A DNA stretch of 64,000 nt, from assembly GCA_964016885.1 (NCBI GenBank), contig OZ024764.1, positions 20,770,001-20,834,000 of the forward strand, written 5' to 3'. Shown one piece after another: positions 1-15,000 of the stretch (positions within the stretch are counted from its first letter, which is position 1; every line of letters starts with the position of its first letter). The notes beneath the pieces were generated by a model that was not told where the DNA came from, did not search any database, and saw nothing but the letters and a program-made list of their open reading frames with translations. Made by a program: the position numbers and the translations under genes. This DNA comes from Eledone cirrhosa (taxonomy: Eukaryota).

Positions 1-3000
1 GCCACTAATAACTACTTTTATCAGTCAGTATAATCTAATGTCACTAATAACTACTTTTATCTGTCAGTATAATCTAAAGTCACTAATAACTACTTTTATC
101 AGTCAGTATAATCTAACGTCACTAATAACTACTTTTATCAGTCAGTATAATCTAATCTCACTAATAACTACTTTTATCAGTCAGTTCAATCTAATGTCAC
201 TAATAACTACTTTTATCAGTCAGTATAATCTAATTTCACTAATAACTACTTTTATCAGTCAGTATAATCTAATGTCACTAATAACTACTTTTATCAGTCA
301 GTATAATCTAATGTCACTAATAACTACTTTTATCAGTCAGTATAATCTAATGTCACTAATAACTACTTTTATCAGTCAGTATAATCTAATGTCACTAATA
401 ACTACTTTTATCAGTCAGTATAATCTAATGTCACTAATAACTACTTTTATCAGTCAGTATAATCTAATGTCACTAATAACTACTTTTATCAGTCAGTATA
501 ATCTAAAGTCACTAATAACTACTTTTATCAGTCAGTATAATCTAATGTCACTACTAACTACTTTTATCAGTCAGTATAATCTAATGTCACTAATAACTAC
601 TTTTATCAGTCAGTTTAATCTAATGTCACTAATAACTACTTTTATCAGTCAGTATAATCTAATGTCACTAATAACTACTTTTATCAGTCAGTATAATCTA
701 ATGTCACTAATAACTACTTTTATCAGTCAGTATAATCTAATGTCACTAATAACTACTTTTATCAGTCAGTATAATCTAATGTCACTAATAACTACTTTTA
801 TCAGTCAGTATAATCTAACGTCACTAATAACTACTTTTATCAGTCAGTATAATCTAATCTCACTAATAACTACTTTTATCAGTCAGTTCAATCTAATGTC
901 ACTAATAACTACTTTTATCAGTCAGTATAATCTAATTTCACTAATAACTACTTTTATCAGTCAGTATAATCTAATGTCACTAATAACTACTTTTATCAGT
1001 CAGTATAATCTAATGTCACTAATAACTACTTTTATCAGTCAGTATAATCTAATGTCACTAATAACTACTTTTATCAGTCAGTATAATCTAATGTCACTAA
1101 TAACTACTTTTATCAGTCAGTATAATCTAATGTCACTAATAACTACTTTTATCAGTCAGTATAATCTAATGTCACTAATAACTACTTTTATCAGTCAGTA
1201 TAATCTAAAGTCACTAATAACTACTTTTATCAGTCAGTATAATCTAATGTCACTACTAACTACTTTTATCAGTCAGTATAATCTAATGTCACTAATAACT
1301 ACTTTTATCAGTCAGTTTAATCTAATGCCACTAATAACTACTTTTATCAGTCAGTATAATCTAATGTCACTAATAACTACTTTTATCTGTCAGTATAATC
1401 TAAAGTCACTAATAACTACTTTTATCAGTCAGTATAATCTAATGTCACTAATAACTACTTTTATCAGTCAGTTTAATCTAATCTCACTAATAACTACTTT
1501 TATCAGTCAGTTTAATCTAATGTCACTAATAACTACTTTTACCAGTCAGTTTAATCTAATGTCACTAATAACTACTTTTATCAGTCAGTTTAATCTAATG
1601 TCACTAATAACTACTTTTATCAGTCAGTTTAATCTAATCTCACTAATAACTACTTTTATCAGTCAGTATAATCTAATGTCACTAATAACTACTTTTATCA
1701 GTCAGTATAATCTAATGTCACTAATAACTACTTTTATCAGTCAGTTTAATCTAATGTCACTAATAACTACTTTTATCAGTCAGTTTAATCTAATGTCACT
1801 AATAACTACTTTTACCAGTCAGTTTAATCTAATGTCACTAATAACTACTTTTATCAGTCAGTATAATCTAATGTCACTAATAACTACTTTTATCAGTCAG
1901 TTTAATCTAATGTCACTAATAACTACTTTTATCAGTCAGTTTAATCTAATCTCACTAATAACTACTTTTATCAGTCAGTTTAATCTAATGTCACTAATAA
2001 CTACTTTTATCAGTCAGTTTAATCTAATCTCACTAATAACTACTTTTATCAGTCAGTTTAATCTAATGTCACTAATAACTACTTTTATCAGTCAGTTTAA
2101 TCTAATCTCACTAATAACTACTTTTATCAGTGAGTATAATCTAATGTCACTAATAACTACTTTTATCAGTCAGTTTAATCTAATCTCACTAATAACTACT
2201 TTTATTAGTCAGTTTAATATAATGTCACTAATAACTACTTTTATCAGTCAGTATAATCTAATCTCACTAATAACTACTTTTATCAGTCAGTATAATCTAA
2301 TGTCACTAATAACTACTTTTATCAGTCAGTTTAATCTAATGTCACTAATAACTACTTTTATTAGTCAGTTTAATATAATGTCACTAATAACTACTTTTAT
2401 CAGTCAGTTTAATCTAATCTCACTAATAACTACTTTTATTAGTCAGTTTAATATAATGTCACTAATAACTACTTTTATCAGTCAGTTTAATCTAATCTCA
2501 CTAATAACTACTTTTATTTGTCAGTTTAATATAATCTCACTAATAACTACTTTTATCAGTCAGTATAATCTAATGTCACTAATAACTACTTTTATCAGTC
2601 AGTATAATCTAATGTCACTAATAACTACTTTTATCAGTCAGTATAATCTAATGTCACTAATAACTACTTTTATCAGTCAGTTTAATCTAATGTCACTAAT
2701 AACTACTTTTATCAGTCAGTATAATCTAATGTCACTAATAACTACTTTTATCAGTCAGTATAATCTAATGTCACTAATAACTACTTTTATCAGTCAGTAT
2801 AATCTAATGTCACTAATAACTACTTTTATCAGTCAGTATAATCTAATGTCACTAATAACTACTTTTATCAGTCAGTATAATCTAATGTCACTAATAACTA
2901 CTTTTATCAGTCAGTATAATCTAATGTCACTAATAACTACTTTTATCAGTCAGTATAATCTAATGTCACTAATAACTACTTTTATCAGTCAGTATAATCT

Positions 3001-6000
3001 AATGTCACTAATAACTACTTTTATCAGTCAGTATAATCTAATGTCACTAATAACTACTTTTATCAGTCAGTATAATCTAATGTCACTAATAACTACTTTT
3101 ATCAGTCAGTATAATCTAATGTCACTAATAACTACTTTTATCAGTCAGTATAATCTAACGTCACTAATAACTACTTTTATCAGTCAGTATAATCTAATCT
3201 CACTAATAACTACTTTTATCAGTCAGTTCAATCTAATGTCACTAATAACTACTTTTATCAGTCAGTATAATCTAATTTCACTAATAACTACTTTTATCAG
3301 TCAGTATAATCTAATGTCACTAATAACTACTTTTATCAGTCAGTATAATCTAATGTCACTAATAACTACTTTTATCAGTCAGTATAATCTAATGTCACTA
3401 ATAACTACTTTTATCAGTCAGTTTAATCTAATCTCACTAATAACTACTTTTATCAGTCAGTTTAATCTAATCTCACTAATAACTACTTTTATCAGTCAGT
3501 TTAATCTAATCTCACTAATAACTACTTTTATCAGTCAGTATAATCTAATCTCACTAATAACTACTTTTATCAGTCAGTATAATCTAATGTCACTAATAAC
3601 TACTTTTATCAGTCAGTTTAATCTAATCTCACTAATAACTACTTTTATCAGTCAGTTTAATCTAATCTCACTAATAACTACTTTTATCAGTCAGTTCAAT
3701 CTAATGTCACTAATAACTACTTTTATCAGTCAGTATAATCTAATTTCACTAATAACTACTTTTATCAGTCAGTATAATCTAATGTCACTAATAACTACTT
3801 TTATCAGTCAGTATAATCTAATGTCACTAATAACTACTTTTATCAGTAAGTATAATCTAATCTCACTAATAACTACTTTTATCAGTCAGTTCAATCTAAT
3901 GTCACTAATAACTACTTTTATCAGTCAGTATAATCTAATTTCATTAATAACTACTTTTATCAGTCAGTATAATCTAATGTCACTAATAACTACTTTTATC
4001 AGTCAGTATAATCTAATGTCACTAATAACTACTTTTATCAGTCAGTTTAATCTAATCTCACTAATAACTACTTTTATCAGTCAGTATAATCTAATCTCAC
4101 TAATAACTACTTTTATCAGTCAGTATAATCTAATGTCACTAATAACTACTTTTATCAGTCAGTTTAATCTAATCTCACTAATAACTTCTTTTATCAGTCA
4201 GTTTAATCTAATGTAACTAATAACTACTTTTATCAGTCAGTATAATCTAATCTCACTAATAACTACTTTTATCAGTCAGTTTAATCTAATCTCACTAATA
4301 ACTACTTTTATCTGTCAGTTTAATCTAATATAACTAATAACTACTTTTATCAGTTAGTTTAATCTAATCTCACTAATTACTTTTATCAGTCAGTTTAATC
4401 TAATCTCACTAATAACTACTTTTATCAGTCAGTATAATCTAATGTCACTAATAACTACTTTTATCAGTCAGTATAATCTAATCTCACTAATAACTACTTT
4501 TATCAGTCAGTATAATCTAAAGTCACTAATAACTACTTTTATCAGTCAGTATAATCTAATGTCACTAATAACTACTTTTATCAGTCAGTTTAATCTAAAG
4601 TCACTAATAACTACTTTTATCAGTCAATATAATCTAATGTCACTAATAACTACTTTTATCAGTCAGTATAATCTAATGTCACTAATAACTACTTTTATCT
4701 GTCAGTATAATCTAAAGTCACTAATAACTACTTTTATCAGTCAATATAATCTAATGTCACTAATAACTACTTTTATCAGTCAGTTTAATCTAAAGTCACT
4801 AATAACTACTTTTATCAGTCAATATAATCTAATGTCACTAATAACTACTTTTATCAGTCAGTTTAATCTAATGTCACTAATAACTACTTTTATCAGTCAA
4901 TATAATCTAATGTCACTAATAACTACTTTTATCAGTCAGTTTAATCTAAAGTCACTAATAACTACTTTTATCAGTCAGTATAATCTAATGTCACTAATAA
5001 CTACTTTTATCAGTCAATATAATCTAATGTCACTAATAACTACTTTTATCAGTCAGTATAATCTAATGTCACTAATAACTACTTTTATCTGTCAGTATAA
5101 TCTAAAGTCACTAATAACTACTTTTATCAGTCAATATAATCTAATGTCACTAATAACTACTTTTATCAGTCAGTATAATCTAATGTCACTAATAACTACT
5201 TTTATCAGTCAATATAATCTAATGTCACTAATAACTACTTTTATCAGTCAGTTTAATCTAATGTCACTAATAACTACTTTTATCAGTCAATATAATCTAA
5301 TGTCACTAATAACTACTTTTATCAGTCAGTATAATCTAATGTCACTAATAACTACTTTTATCTGTCAGTATAATCTAAAGTCACTAATAACTACTTTTAT
5401 CAGTCAATATAATCTAATGTCACTAATAACTACTTTTATCAGTCAGTTTAATCTAATGCCACTAATAACTACTTTTATCAGTCAGTATAATCTAATGTCA
5501 CTAATAACTACTTTTATCTGTCAGTATAATCTAAAGTCACTAATAACTACTTTTATCAGTCAGTATAATCTAATGTCACTAATAACTACTTTTATCAGTC
5601 AGTTTAATCTAATGCCACTAATAACTACTTTTATCAGTCAGTTTAATCTAATGTCACTAATAACTACTTTTATCAGTCAGTTTAATCTAATGTCACTAAT
5701 AACTACTTTTATCAGTCAGTTTAATCTAATGTAGCTAATAACTACTTTTATCAGTCAGTTTAATCTAATCTCACTAATAACTACTTTTATCAGTCAGTTT
5801 AATCTAATGTCACTAATAACTACTTTTATCAGTCAGTTTAATCTAATCTCACTAATAACTACTTTTATCAGTCAGTTTAATCTAATGTCACTAATAACTA
5901 CTTTTATCAGTCAGTTTAATCTAATCTCACTAATAACTACTTTTATCAGTCAGTTTAATCTAATGTCACTAATAACTACTTTTATCAGTCAGTTTAATCT

Positions 6001-9000
6001 CATCTCACTAATAACTACTTTTATTAGTCAGTTTAATATAATGTCACTAATAACTACTTTTATCAGTCAGTTTAATCTAATCTCACTAATAACTACTTTT
6101 ATTAGTCAGTTTAATATAATGTCACTAATAACTACTTTTATCAGTCAGTATAATCTAATCTCACTAATAACTACTTTTATCAGTGAGTATAATCTAATGT
6201 CACTAATAACTACTTTTATCAGTCAGTATAATCTAATCTCACTAATAACTACTTTTATCAGTCAGTATAATCTAATGTCACTAATAACTACTTTTATCAG
6301 TCAGTTTAATCTAATGTCACTAATAACTACTTTTATTAGTCAGTTTAATATAATGTCACTAATAACTACTTTTATCAGTCAGTTTAATCTAATCTCACTA
6401 ATAACTACTTTTATTAGTCAGTTTAATATAATGTCACTAATAACTACTTTTATCAGTCAGTTTAATCTAATCTCACTAATAACTACTTTTATTAGTCAGT
6501 TTAATATAATGTCACTAATAACTACTTTTATCAGTCAGTATAATCTAATGTCACTAATAACTACTTTTATCAGTCAGTATAATCTAATGTCACTAATAAC
6601 TACTTTTATCAGTCAGTATAATCTAATGTCACTAATAACTACTTTTATCAGTCAGTATAATCTAATGTCACTAATAACTACTTTTATCAGTCAGTATAAT
6701 CTAATGTCACTAATAACTACTTTTATCAGTCAGTATAATCTAACGTCACTAATAACTACTTTTATCAGTCAGTATAATCTAATCTCACTAATAACTACTT
6801 TTATCAGTCAGTTCAATCTAATGTCACTAATAACTACTTTTATCAGTCAGTATAATCTAATTTCACTAATAACTACTTTTATCAGTCAGTATAATCTAAT
6901 GTCACTAATAACTACTTTTATCAGTCAGTATAATCTAATGTCACTAATAACTACTTTTATCAGTCAGTATAATCTAATGTCACTAATAACTACTTTTATC
7001 AGTCAGTATAATCTAATGTCACTAATAACTACTTTTATCAGTCAGTATAATCTAATGTCACTAATAACTACTTTTATCAGTCAGTATAATCTAATGTCAC
7101 TAATAACTACTTTTATCAGTCAGTATAATCTAATGTCACTAATAACTACTTTTATCAGTCAGTATAATCTAATGTCACTAATAACTACTTTTATCAGTCA
7201 GTATAATCTAACGTCACTAATAACTACTTTTATCAGTCAGTATAATCTAATCTCACTAATAACTACTTTTATCAGTCAGTTCAATCTAATGTCACTAATA
7301 ACTACTTTTATCAGTCAGTATAATCTAATTTCACTAATAACTACTTTTATCAGTCAGTATAATCTAATGTCACTAATAACTACTTTTATCAGTCAGTATA
7401 ATCTAATGTCACTAATAACTACTTTTATCAGTCAGTATAATCTAATGTCACTAATAACTACTTTTATCAGTCAGTTTAATCTAATCTCACTAATAACTAC
7501 TTTTATCAGTCAGTATAATCTAATCTCACTAATAACTACTTTTATCAGTCAGTATAATCTAATGTCACTAATAACTACTTTTATCAGTCAGTTTAATCTA
7601 ATCTCACTAATAACTACTTTTATCAGTCAGTTTAATCTAATGTAACTAATAACTACTTTTATCAGTCAGTATAATCTAATCTCACTAATAACTACTTTTA
7701 TCAGTCAGTTTAATCTAATCTCACTAATAACTACTTTTATCAGTCAGTTTAATCTAATCTCACTAATAACTACTTTTATCAGTCAGTATAATCTAATCTC
7801 ACTAATAACTACTTTTATCAGTCAGTATAATCTAATGTCACTAATAACTACTTTTATCAGTCAGTTTAATCTAATCTCACTAATAACTACTTTTATCAGT
7901 CAGTTTAATCTAATCTCACTAATAACTACTTTTATCAGTCAGTTCAATCTAATGTCACTAATAACTACTTTTATCAGTCAGTATAATCTAATTTCACTAA
8001 TAACTACTTTTATCAGTCAGTATAATCTAATGTCACTAATAACTACTTTTATCAGTCAGTATAATCTAATGTCACTAATAACTACTTTTATCAGTAAGTA
8101 TAATCTAATCTCACTAATAACTACTTTTATCAGTCAGTTCAATCTAATGTCACTAATAACTACTTTTATCAGTCAGTATAATCTAATTTCACTAATAACT
8201 ACTTTTATCAGTCAGTATAATCTAATGTCACTAATAACTACTTTTATCAGTCAGTATAATCTAATGTCACTAATAACTACTTTTATCAGTCAGTTTAATC
8301 TAATCTCACTAATAACTACTTTTATCAGTCAGTATAATCTAATCTCACTAATAACTACTTTTATCAGTCAGTATAATCTAATGTCACTAATAACTACTTT
8401 TATCAGTCAGTTTAATCTAATCTCACTAATAACTTCTTTTATCAGTCAGTTTAATCTAATGTAACTAATAACTACTTTTATCAGTCAGTATAATCTAATC
8501 TCACTAATAACTACTTTTATCAGTCAGTTTAATCTAAAGTCACTAATAACTACTTTTATCAGTCAATATAATCTAATGTCACTAATAACTACTTTTATCA
8601 GTCAGTATAATCTAATGTCACTAATAACTACTTTTATCTGTCAGTATAATCTAAAGTCACTAATAACTACTTTTATCAGTCAATATAATCTAATGTCACT
8701 AATAACTACTTTTATCAGTCAGTATAATCTAATGTCACTAATAACTACTTTTATCAGTCAATATAATCTAATGTCACTAATAACTACTTTTATCAGTCAG
8801 TTTAATCTAATGTCACTAATAACTACTTTTATCAGTCAATATAATCTAATCTCACTAATAACTACTTTTATTAGTCAGTTTAATATAATGTCACTAATAA
8901 CTACTTTTATCAGTCAGTTTAATCTAATCTCACTAATAACTACTTTTATCAGTCAGTATAATCTAATCTCACTAATAACTACTTTTATCAGTGAGTATAA

Positions 9001-12000
9001 TCTAATGTCACTAATAACTACTTTTATCAGTCAGTTTAATCTAATCTCACTAATAACTACTTTTATTAGTCAGTTTAATATAATGTCACTAATAACTACT
9101 TTTATCAGTCAGTATAATCTAATCTCACTAATAACTACTTTTATCAGTCAGTATAATCTAATGTCACTAATAACTACTTTTATCAGTCAGTTTAATCTAA
9201 TGTCACTAATAACTACTTTTATTAGTCAGTTTAATATAATGTCACTAATAACTACTTTTATCAGTCAGTTTAATCTAAAGTCACTAATAACTACTTTTAT
9301 CAGTCAGTATAATCTAATCTCACTAATAACTACTTTTATCAGTCAGTTTAATCTAATCTCACTAATAACTACTTTTATCTGTCAGTTTAATCTAATGTCA
9401 CTAATAACTACTTTTATCAGTCAGTATAATCTAATCTCACTAATAACTACTTTTATCAGTCAGTATAATCTAAAGTCACTAATAACTACTTTTATCAGTC
9501 AGTATAATCTAATGTCACTAATAACTACTTTTATCAGTCAGTATAATCTAATCTCACTAATAACTACTTTTATCAGTCAGTATAATCTAATGTCACTAAT
9601 AACTACTTTTATCAGTCAGTTTAATCTAATCTCACTAATAACTACTTTTATCAGTCAGTTTAATCTAATCTCACTAATAACTACTTTTATCAGTCAGTTC
9701 AATCTAATGTCACTAATAACTACTTTTATCAGTCAGTATAATCTAATGTCACTAATAACTACTTTTATCAGTCAGTATAATCTAATGTCACTAATAACTA
9801 CTTTTATCAGTAAGTATAATCTAATCTCACTAATAACTACTTTTATCAGTCAGTTCAATCTAATGTCACTAATAACTACTTTTATCAGTCAGTATAATCT
9901 AATTTCACTAATAACTACTTTTATCAGTCAGTATAATCTAATGTCACTAATAACTACTTTTATCAGTCAGTATAATCTAATGTCACTAATAACTACTTTT
10001 ATCAGTCAGTATAATCTAATGTCACTAATAACTACTTTTATCAGTCAGTTTAATCTAATCTCACTAATAAATACTTTTATCAGTCAGTATAATCTAATCT
10101 CACTAATAACTACTTTTATCAGTCAGTGTAATCTAATGTCACTAATAACTACTTTTATCAGTCAGTTTAATCTAATCTCACTAATAACTTCTTTTATCAG
10201 TCAGTTTAATCTAATGTAACTAATAACTACTTTTATCAGTCAGTATAATCTAATCTCACTAATAACTACTTTTATCAGTCAGTTTAATCTAATCTCACTA
10301 ATAACTACTTTTATCTGTCAGTTTAATCTAATGTCACTAATAACTACTTTTATCAGTCAGTATAATCTAATCTCACTAATAACTACTTTTATCAGTCAGT
10401 ATAATCTAAAGTCACTAATAACTACTTTTATCAGTCAGTATAATCTAATGTCACTAATAACTACTTTTATCAGTCAGTTTAATCTAAAGTCACTAATAAC
10501 TACTTTTATCAGTCAATATAATCTAATGTCACTAATAACTACTTTTATCAGTCAGTATAATCTAATGTCACTAATAACTACTTTTATCTGTCAGTATAAT
10601 CTAAAGTCACTAATAACTACTTTTATCAGTCAATATAATCTAATGTCACTAATAACTACTTTTATCAGTCAGTATAATCTAATGTCACTAATAACTACTT
10701 TTATCAGTCAATATAATCTAATGTCACTAATAACTACTTTTATCAGTCAGTTTAATCTAATGTCACTAATAACTACTTTTATCAGTCAATATAATCTAAT
10801 GTCACTAATAACTACTTTTATCAGTCAGTTTAATCTAAAGTCACTAATAACTACTTTTATCAGTCAGTATAATCTAATGTCACTAATAACTACTTTTATC
10901 AGTCAGTATAATCTAATGTCACTAATAACTACTTTTATCAGTCAGTATAATCTAATGTCACTAATAACTACTTTTATCAGTCAATATAATCTAATGTCAC
11001 TAATAACTACTTTTATCAGTCAGTTTAATCTAAAGTCACTAATAACTACTTTTATCAGTCAGTATAATCTAATGTCACTAATAACTACTTTTATCAGTCA
11101 ATATAATCTAATGTCACTAATAACTACTTTTATCAGTCAGTATAATCTAATGTCACTAATAACTACTTTTATCTGTCAGTATAATCTAAAGTCACTAATA
11201 ACTACTTTTATCAGTCAATATAATCTAATGTCACTAATAACTACTTTTATCAGTCAGTATAATCTAATGTCACTAATAACTACTTTTATCAGTCAATATA
11301 ATCTAATGTCACTAATAACTACTTTTATCAGTCAGTTTAATCTAATGTCACTAATAACTACTTTTATCAGTCAATATAATCTAATGTCACTAATAACTAC
11401 TTTTATCAGTCAGTATAATCTAATGTCACTAATAACTACTTTTATCTGTCAGTATAATCTAAAGTCACTAATAACTACTTTTATCAGTCAATATAATCTA
11501 ATGTCACTAATAACTACTTTTATCAGTCAGTTTAATCTAATGTCACTAATAACTACTTTTATCAGTCAGTATAATCTAATGTCACTAATAACTACTTTTA
11601 TCAGTCAGTTTAATCTAATGCCACTAATAACTACTTTTATCAGTCAGTATAATCTAATGTCACTAATAACTACTTTTATCTGTCAGTATAATCTAAAGTC
11701 ACTAATAACTACTTTTATCAGTCAGTATAATCTAATGTCACTACTAACTACTTTTATCAGTCAGTATAATCTAATGTCACTAATAACTACTTTTATCAGT
11801 CAGTTTAATCTAATGCCACTAATAACTACTTTTATCAGTCAGTATAATCTAATGTCACTAATAACTACTTTTATCTGTCAGTATAATCTAAAGTCACTAA
11901 TAACTACTTTTATCAGTCAGTATAATCTAATGTCACTAATAACTACTTTTATCAGTCAGTTTAATCTAATGCCACTAATAACTACTTTTATCAGTCAGTT

Positions 12001-15000
12001 TAATCTAATGTCACTAATAACTACTTTTATCAGTCAGTTTAATCTAATGTCACTAATAACTACTTTTATCAGTCAGTTTAATCTAATGTAGCTAATAACT
12101 ACTTTTATCAGTCAGTTTAATCTAATCTCACTAATAACTACTTTTATCAGTCAGTTTAATCTAATGTCACTAATAACTACTTTTATCAGTCAGTTTAATC
12201 TAATCTCACTAATAACTACTTTTATCAGTCAGTTTAATCTAATGTCACTAATAACTACTTTTATCAGTCAGTTTAATCTAATCTCACTAATAACTACTTT
12301 TATCAGTCAGTTTAATCTAATGTCACTAATAACTACTTTTATCAGTCAGTTTAATCTCATCTCACTAATAACTACTTTTATTAGTCAGTTTAATATAATG
12401 TCACTAATAACTACTTTTATCAGTCAGTTTAATCTAATCTCACTAATAACTACTTTTATTAGTCAGTTTAATATAATGTCACTAATAACTACTTTTATCA
12501 GTCAGTATAATCTAATCTCACTAATAACTACTTTTATCAGTGAGTATAATCTAATGTCACTAATAACTACTTTTATCAGTCAGTATAATCTAATCTCACT
12601 AATAACTACTTTTATCAGTCAGTATAATCTAATGTCACTAATAACTACTTTTATCAGTCAGTTTAATCTAATGTCACTAATAACTACTTTTATTAGTCAG
12701 TTTAATATAATGTCACTAATAACTACTTTTATCAGTCAGTTTAATCTAATCTCACTAATAACTACTTTTATTAGTCAGTTTAATATAATGTCACTAATAA
12801 CTACTTTTATCAGTCAGTTTAATCTAATCTCACTAATAACTACTTTTATTAGTCAGTTTAATATAATGTCACTAATAACTACTTTTATCAGTCAGTATAA
12901 TCTAATGTCACTAATAACTACTTTTATCAGTCAGTATAATCTAATGTCACTAATAACTACTTTTATCAGTCAGTATAATCTAATGTCACTAATAACTACT
13001 TTTATCAGTCAGTATAATCTAATGTCACTAATAACTACTTTTATCAGTCAGTATAATCTAATGTCACTAATAACTACTTTTATCAGTCAGTTCAATCTAA
13101 TGTCACTAATAACTACTTTTATCAGTCAGTATAATATAATGTCACTAATAACTACTTTTATCAGTCAGTATAATCTAATGTCACTAATAACTACTTTTAT
13201 CAGTCAGTATAATCTAATGTCACTAATAACTACTTTTATCAGTCAGTATAATCTAATGTCACTAATAACTACTTTTATCAGTCAGTATAATCTAATGTCA
13301 CTAATAACTACTTTTATCAGTCAGTATAATTTAATGTCACTAATAACTACTTTTATCAGTCAGTATAATCTAACGTCACTAATAACTACTTTTATCAGTC
13401 AGTATAATCTAATCTCACTAATAACTACTTTTATCAGTCAGTTCAATCTAATGTCACTAATAACTACTTTTATCAGTCAGTATAATCTAATTTCACTAAT
13501 AACTACTTTTATCAGTCAGTATAATCTAATGTCACTAATAACTACTTTTATCAGTCAGTATAATCTAATGTCACTAATAACTACTTTTATCAGTCAGTAT
13601 AATCTAATGTCACTAATAACTACTTTTATCAGTCAGTATAATCTAATGTCACTAATAACTACTTTTATCAGTCAGTATAATCTAATTTCACTAATAACTA
13701 CTTTTATCAGTCAGTATAATCTAATGTCACTAATAACTACTTTTATCAGTCAGTATAATCTAATCTCACTAATAACTACTTTTATCAGTCAGTATAATCT
13801 AATGTCACTAATAACTACTTTTATCAGTCAGTTTAATCTAATCTCACTAATAACTACTTTTATCAGTCAGTTTAATCTAATCTCACTAATAACTACTTTT
13901 ATCAGTCAGTTCAATCTAATGTCACTAATAACTACTTTTATCAGTCAGTATAATCTAATGTCACTAATAACTACTTTTATCAGTCAGTATAATCTAATGT
14001 CACTAATAACTACTTTTATCAGTAAGTATAATCTAATCTCACTAATAACTACTTTTATCAGTCAGTTCAATCTAATGTCACTAATAACTACTTTTATCAG
14101 TCAGTATAATCTAATTTCACTAATAACTACTTTTATCAGTCAGTATAATCTAATGTCACTAATAACTACTTTTATCAGTCAGTATAATCTAATGTCACTA
14201 ATAACTACTTTTATCAGTCAGTATAATCTAATGTCACTAATAACTACTTTTATCAGTCAGTTTAATCTAATCTCACTAATAAATACTTTTATCAGTCAGT
14301 ATAATCTAATCTCACTAATAACTACTTTTATCAGTCAGTGTAATCTAATGTCACTAATAACTACTTTTATCAGTCAGTTTAATCTAATCTCACTAATAAC
14401 TTCTTTTATCAGTCAGTTTAATCTAATGTAACTAATAACTACTTTTATCAGTCAGTATAATCTAATCTCACTAATAACTACTTTTATCAGTCAGTTTAAT
14501 CTAATCTCACTAATAACTACTTTTATCTGTCAGTTTAATCTAATGTCACTAATAACTACTTTTATCAGTCAGTATAATCTAATCTCACTAATAACTACTT
14601 TTATCAGTCAGTATAATCTAAAGTCACTAATAACTACTTTTATCAGTCAGTATAATCTAATGTCACTAATAACTACTTTTATCAGTCAGTTTAATCTAAA
14701 GTCACTAATAACTACTTTTATCAGTCAATATAATCTAATGTCACTAATAACTACTTTTATCAGTCAGTATAATCTAATGTCACTAATAACTACTTTTATC
14801 TGTCAGTATAATCTAAAGTCACTAATAACTACTTTTATCAGTCAATATAATCTAATGTCACTAATAACTACTTTTATCAGTCAGTATAATCTAATGTCAC
14901 TAATAACTACTTTTATCAGTCAATATAATCTAATGTCACTAATAACTACTTTTATCAGTCAGTTTAATCTAATGTCACTAATAACTACTTTTATCAGTCA